The notes under the pieces: generated by a model
Database searches by the model: none
What the model was told of the DNA's origin: nothing
What the model saw: only the letters and a program-made list of their open reading frames with translations
Program-made: the position numbers and the translations under genes
Assembly (NCBI GenBank): GCA_034226945.1
Contig: CP120461.1
Span: 496,001 to 560,000 of the forward strand
DNA: 64,000 bases
Source of the DNA: Picochlorum sp. SENEW3
Taxonomy: Eukaryota
Direction: 5' to 3'
In this document: positions 60,677-64,000 of the stretch, in pieces
Position numbering within the stretch: position 1 is the first letter of the stretch
How the letters are laid out: every line of letters begins with the position of its first letter

Positions 60677-61522
60677 TCATCGTGACTGGGGAAGGAGGGA
60701 TTTCTCAAGCAGGTCCACCTCTTGTCTGAGTTCTCTGAGAGCTTTTTGTGCCTTGTACCGCAGTGCTTCCGAGTGAGCAAGCTTCTCTCCCAAGTTTTTG
60801 ACTTGATCTTCTAATGCTTGTACTTTTGCTGATTCGGAAGCGCCATGGGATCTTGTCTCCTCCCTCTCCCTGAGTATTTCTTCCATTCTGGCGACACTAA
60901 AGTCTGAGCCCACTATCTCAACCCCTACTCTTTTAATCGACCCACAGTGATCAGAAGAACTTGCAAGCTCGTATACCCTCACTCGATCTCCTCGAATGCC
61001 AAATTTCTCGGCACACTCCTCCCTGAGGGACTCAAATACTGAGCACTCTTTATTCCTCTGCCTATCATGCACAGATAAAGAGACATCGAATGCAGGAGAT
61101 AATAAATCTACAGAATATTGAAGTGTTTGGCCGTGTCCATCATGGATCGACGGCTCCTGTTCTGGTTCTGGCTGTAAGAGTGGCAAGCTCACACCTGGAA
61201 CAGACTTTCTCCGGGCGGTCGGCAACTCCTCTTCACACAAGCCTCTGCTTGTATCAAGTGATTGTTTACTAGAATCAAGAATTGGTGGAAGTTGTAGCGG
61301 CGGAGGCTTGTGATGCCCTCTTCTCAAGTCTACCTCGTCTTCCGCGTGTTTCGCGTCCTCTTCGTCGCTACCCATGCTCTCTTCTTCGAGCTCACTAGAA
61401 CTATCGCTTACTAACTCTACTAAATCTACGTCCAAAGATGAACTGTCCGAGCCATCGAAACCATCGAAAGACAGAGACGATCTACTGCTCGAATTGTTCT
61501 CCTCCTCGACCTTGTTTTCCAT
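60677..61522 (-). CDS. Unknown protein: Ser/acidic N-terminus and C-terminal coiled coil
   Basis: 281-aa ATG-initiated ORF filling the gap between RPB11 and YCF54; heptad pattern at the C-terminus; no family recognised. Confidence 0.7.
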   Translation of the reverse strand: MENKVEEENNSSSRSSLSFDGFDGSDSSSLDVDLVELVSDSSSELEEESMGSDEEDAKHAEDEVDLRRGHHKPPPLQLPPILDSSKQSLDTSRGLCEEELPTARRKSVPGVSLPLLQPEPEQEPSIHDGHGQTLQYSVDLLSPAFDVSLSVHDRQRNKECSVFESLREECAEKFGIRGDRVRVYELASSSDHCGSIKRVGVEIVGSDFSVARMEEILREREETRSHGASESAKVQALEDQVKNLGEKLAHSEALRYKAQKALRELRQEVDLLEKSLLPQSR

Positions 61523-62014
61523 CGCAAGACTGTTCTCAGGCGATGTCTAATATTATATAGTGTTTGAATGACTTGTTCAACCACTCTAGCCCATACCTTT
61601 TGTGTTAATGAATGCAGGAAATCCAACCACAACACGAACTTCCGTAAATAGAATTAAATATTCGCGCACATCGCTCATCCCCGCAACGCAGCGATGGTGC
61701 CATGGTTTGAACTTGATCGAAATTCATGGGGCCACCTGTAAATTATTACTACTACCTTGTCTCAGAAATCTTAGAAAAGACGACGATGACGTGACATGTA
61801 CTTTGATCAAATCGCCTATGAAAAGGCACCTTCGAAAGGATAGATGGTTGAGATAGATACACGAGGCCCGTCTGGATCTCCGGCCTGTGTCATCTGGATA
61901 GATTCGTGCACATGATGCATGAATGTATAGAACTCCGACCATCTTCTACCCCACAGAAGCAATACTTATTACATATTTTATTTATCAGACGCATTGAACG
62001 ACTCTTCTATCACC

Positions 62015-62761
62015 ATGAAGGCTGTTATGATGGAACGCACTGTCTCCAAAGTGACTTGCGGAGTCACGTCGGTGTCTCACCGAGGTGTGCACCACCGAGT
62101 TGCGAGGAGCTCGATGGGCATTGAGAATTCATTGATTAATGGGGTAAGACAGGGTAGAATGGTGTCTATGCAGGCAAAGAAGGCGCCAGAGTTGCCGCCA
62201 GTTGTGAGCCCAACACAAGGAGAGGTGTGTCACGTTGAGATTTCTCATGTAATCTTCGGTATATGTGTAGCTCACACGCTGAATGTCATATATGTAGCCT
62301 GAATGGTACGCTCTTGTGGCTAGAGCCGAGTTTTTCTTCAACGATGTGCAAAATGAGGCTTTGGCCGAACAGTTGAGAGAATTGAAGCGCTATTATGAAG
62401 AGAATCGTCGTGAGCAGGACTTCTTCTTCGTATGTGAGCCAGAATGGTTGGACAAGTTCCCAGAAGCAAAGAGCGTCAAGAGACCAGCTGTAGCTTTGGT
62501 TTCCACGGATAAAGAATGGATGGTGTACGTCGGTTAGACTTGTTTGTCATGTATGATGTTCTAGCTATTGATTGTCAATGCCTGCTTGTGCGCAGATTTA
62601 TGAAACTTCGTCTTGAAAGGGTTCTGAAGTTGGATCTAGGCAACATGTCTATAGATGCTGCCACAAAGTCTACAGCCAAGGTTCCAGAATTTGAACCTCA
62701 GGAATGGAATGCTCCATACACACCATACGCAAAGGGATGGTGGGAAGTCTTCATGAGATAA
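62015..62761 (+). CDS. YCF54: Ycf54/LCAA, accessory subunit of Mg-protoporphyrin monomethyl ester cyclase, 3 exons
   Basis: Transit peptide; AEFFFNDVQNEALAEQLRE, DFFFVCEPEWL, PAVALVSTDKEWM|xFMKLRL. Confidence 0.93.
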
Positions 62762-62788
62762 TTCATTCATTAATTACATTGATTAATT

Positions 62789-63774
62789 TTACATGGTTTT
62801 ATCAAGTGCAACAAACAATTTGTCACACCAGGTGGATATCCAAGCCTGGTCTAGAATGGTGAAGTTTCTCTGGGTTGCAGCTCCCAATACAACTACCCCA
62901 TGTGGATGCAACGGTTGGACATGCAAACATTGTGTATTACTTGGCAGAAATTCTAAAAACTCGAATCTCCCTGGGAACAGCACTAGGTTTGCTAGAGATC
63001 GAGGCGAATTAGTGCTCTGGGATTCCTGACACAGCTTGCCAGGGACAGCTGTCCCTGGCTCAACACCAACAGCAGAATATCCTAGGTGGGCAACACACTT
63101 TCCTTTCCAAAAGATGACCAATATTTCTGCTTGGGTGGCTTCTCGAACCGCATCCCAAAACCTGAATACATTCACATCTATAATGAAACTTTCTCAAACA
63201 CAAATTTACAGACACATCGAAAGCACGCACCTGACTATCTCTTCTTTCGCTTGTTTAACACCGTCAGCGATATATGTCACATCTCTTCCATCTAGCGTAA
63301 CTGTTTGGGGCGTTTTGGGCTTTAAAGACAACCACTGAAGTCCAGTGAGGCCTAGAACAGCAGCAATACAAATGGTTGCAACATCAGCCCTTGACTGCGA
63401 GGAACTCGCCACCAACGCCGGGTTCGCCTGCATCAACAAGTCATCAGCTTGAATGCACTTTATCTGACTCATACACTCTAACATACCCCATCGATGAGCC
63501 TGTTACCGACCACAGTAAGCACTCCTACAGCTGAAGACACCAGGGGAAGAAGTCTTAACTTTTCTGCTTTTTCTTCCTGCACAGAACGACATTAAATCGT
63601 CGATCAACTCAGGTATTAAATAATTTTATGCCTTATTCGTACGTTCATAGCACACATTGGCCTCGTATACCCTGGTGCGAAGCGACATCTTTTGTGTCGA
63701 GTGGCCTCGCGACATGCCATTCCAAAGCCAAACGGTCCAACCGCCGGCACATTCACGATAGATAACCCATGCAT
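62789..63774 (-). CDS. CCB4: Cytochrome b6 heme attachment factor CCB4 (CCB2/CCB4 family), 4 exons
   Basis: LLPLV..GNRL, SSQSRADV, LTGLQW, LANLVLFPGRFEF..LPSNTQ and FTILDQAWI; transit-like first exon. Confidence 0.85.
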
Positions 63775-64000
63775 TGTTATCTCATCTTACATTATAATAA
63801 AAATAAATCGCTACAATCGAGTAAACTGTGAGGTACACATCAACAGTGATACCAAAGGACACGTGCATATGCCATGAAATGATGAAAAAGTCATCAGCAA
63901 TAGTGGTTGGACTCAAATCACGAGAGCATTAGCATTTTCAACCCAAATTCATGCCAAAGTTGGTCATCTTCAACCCTGACTTTTCCAAGGCCTCTTGAAG

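Noticed and set aside
1..64000. CRISPR arrays, transposases, tRNA/rRNA, prokaryotic operons or defence systems
   Set aside because: No repeat-spacer periodicity, terminal repeats, cloverleaf or rRNA signatures seen; the window is intron-containing eukaryotic housekeeping DNA

Overview
Gene-dense eukaryotic nuclear DNA from a compact green alga. Short GT-AG introns, TGTAA poly(A) signals and plastid-targeted genes (YCF54, CCB4, CGEP, ABC1K, chorismate synthase) point to a chlorophyte; a Picochlorum-like trebouxiophyte is my inference. I can support 32 protein-coding genes, mostly conserved housekeeping genes. One of them, a 23-aa spliced RPL41, is missed by the ORF track. I found no rRNA, tRNA, CRISPR array or transposon, and no clearly novel multi-gene system. 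The best leads are: (1) seven perfect 16-22 bp palindromes seen in intergenic/promoter spacers; (2) a structured ~710-nt spacer between CGEP and SMC2 that may encode an ncRNA; (3) a compensated double frameshift with two in-frame stops inside the Pol5/MYBBP1A gene; (4) variant ribosomal proteins (shortened eL41, eL13 with an insertion) with unusually long introns; (5) convergent genes with poly(A) signals inside each other's CDS; (6) a J-domain protein fused to a bacteria-like domain. Exon boundaries were read by eye, and some 5' ends are approximate.
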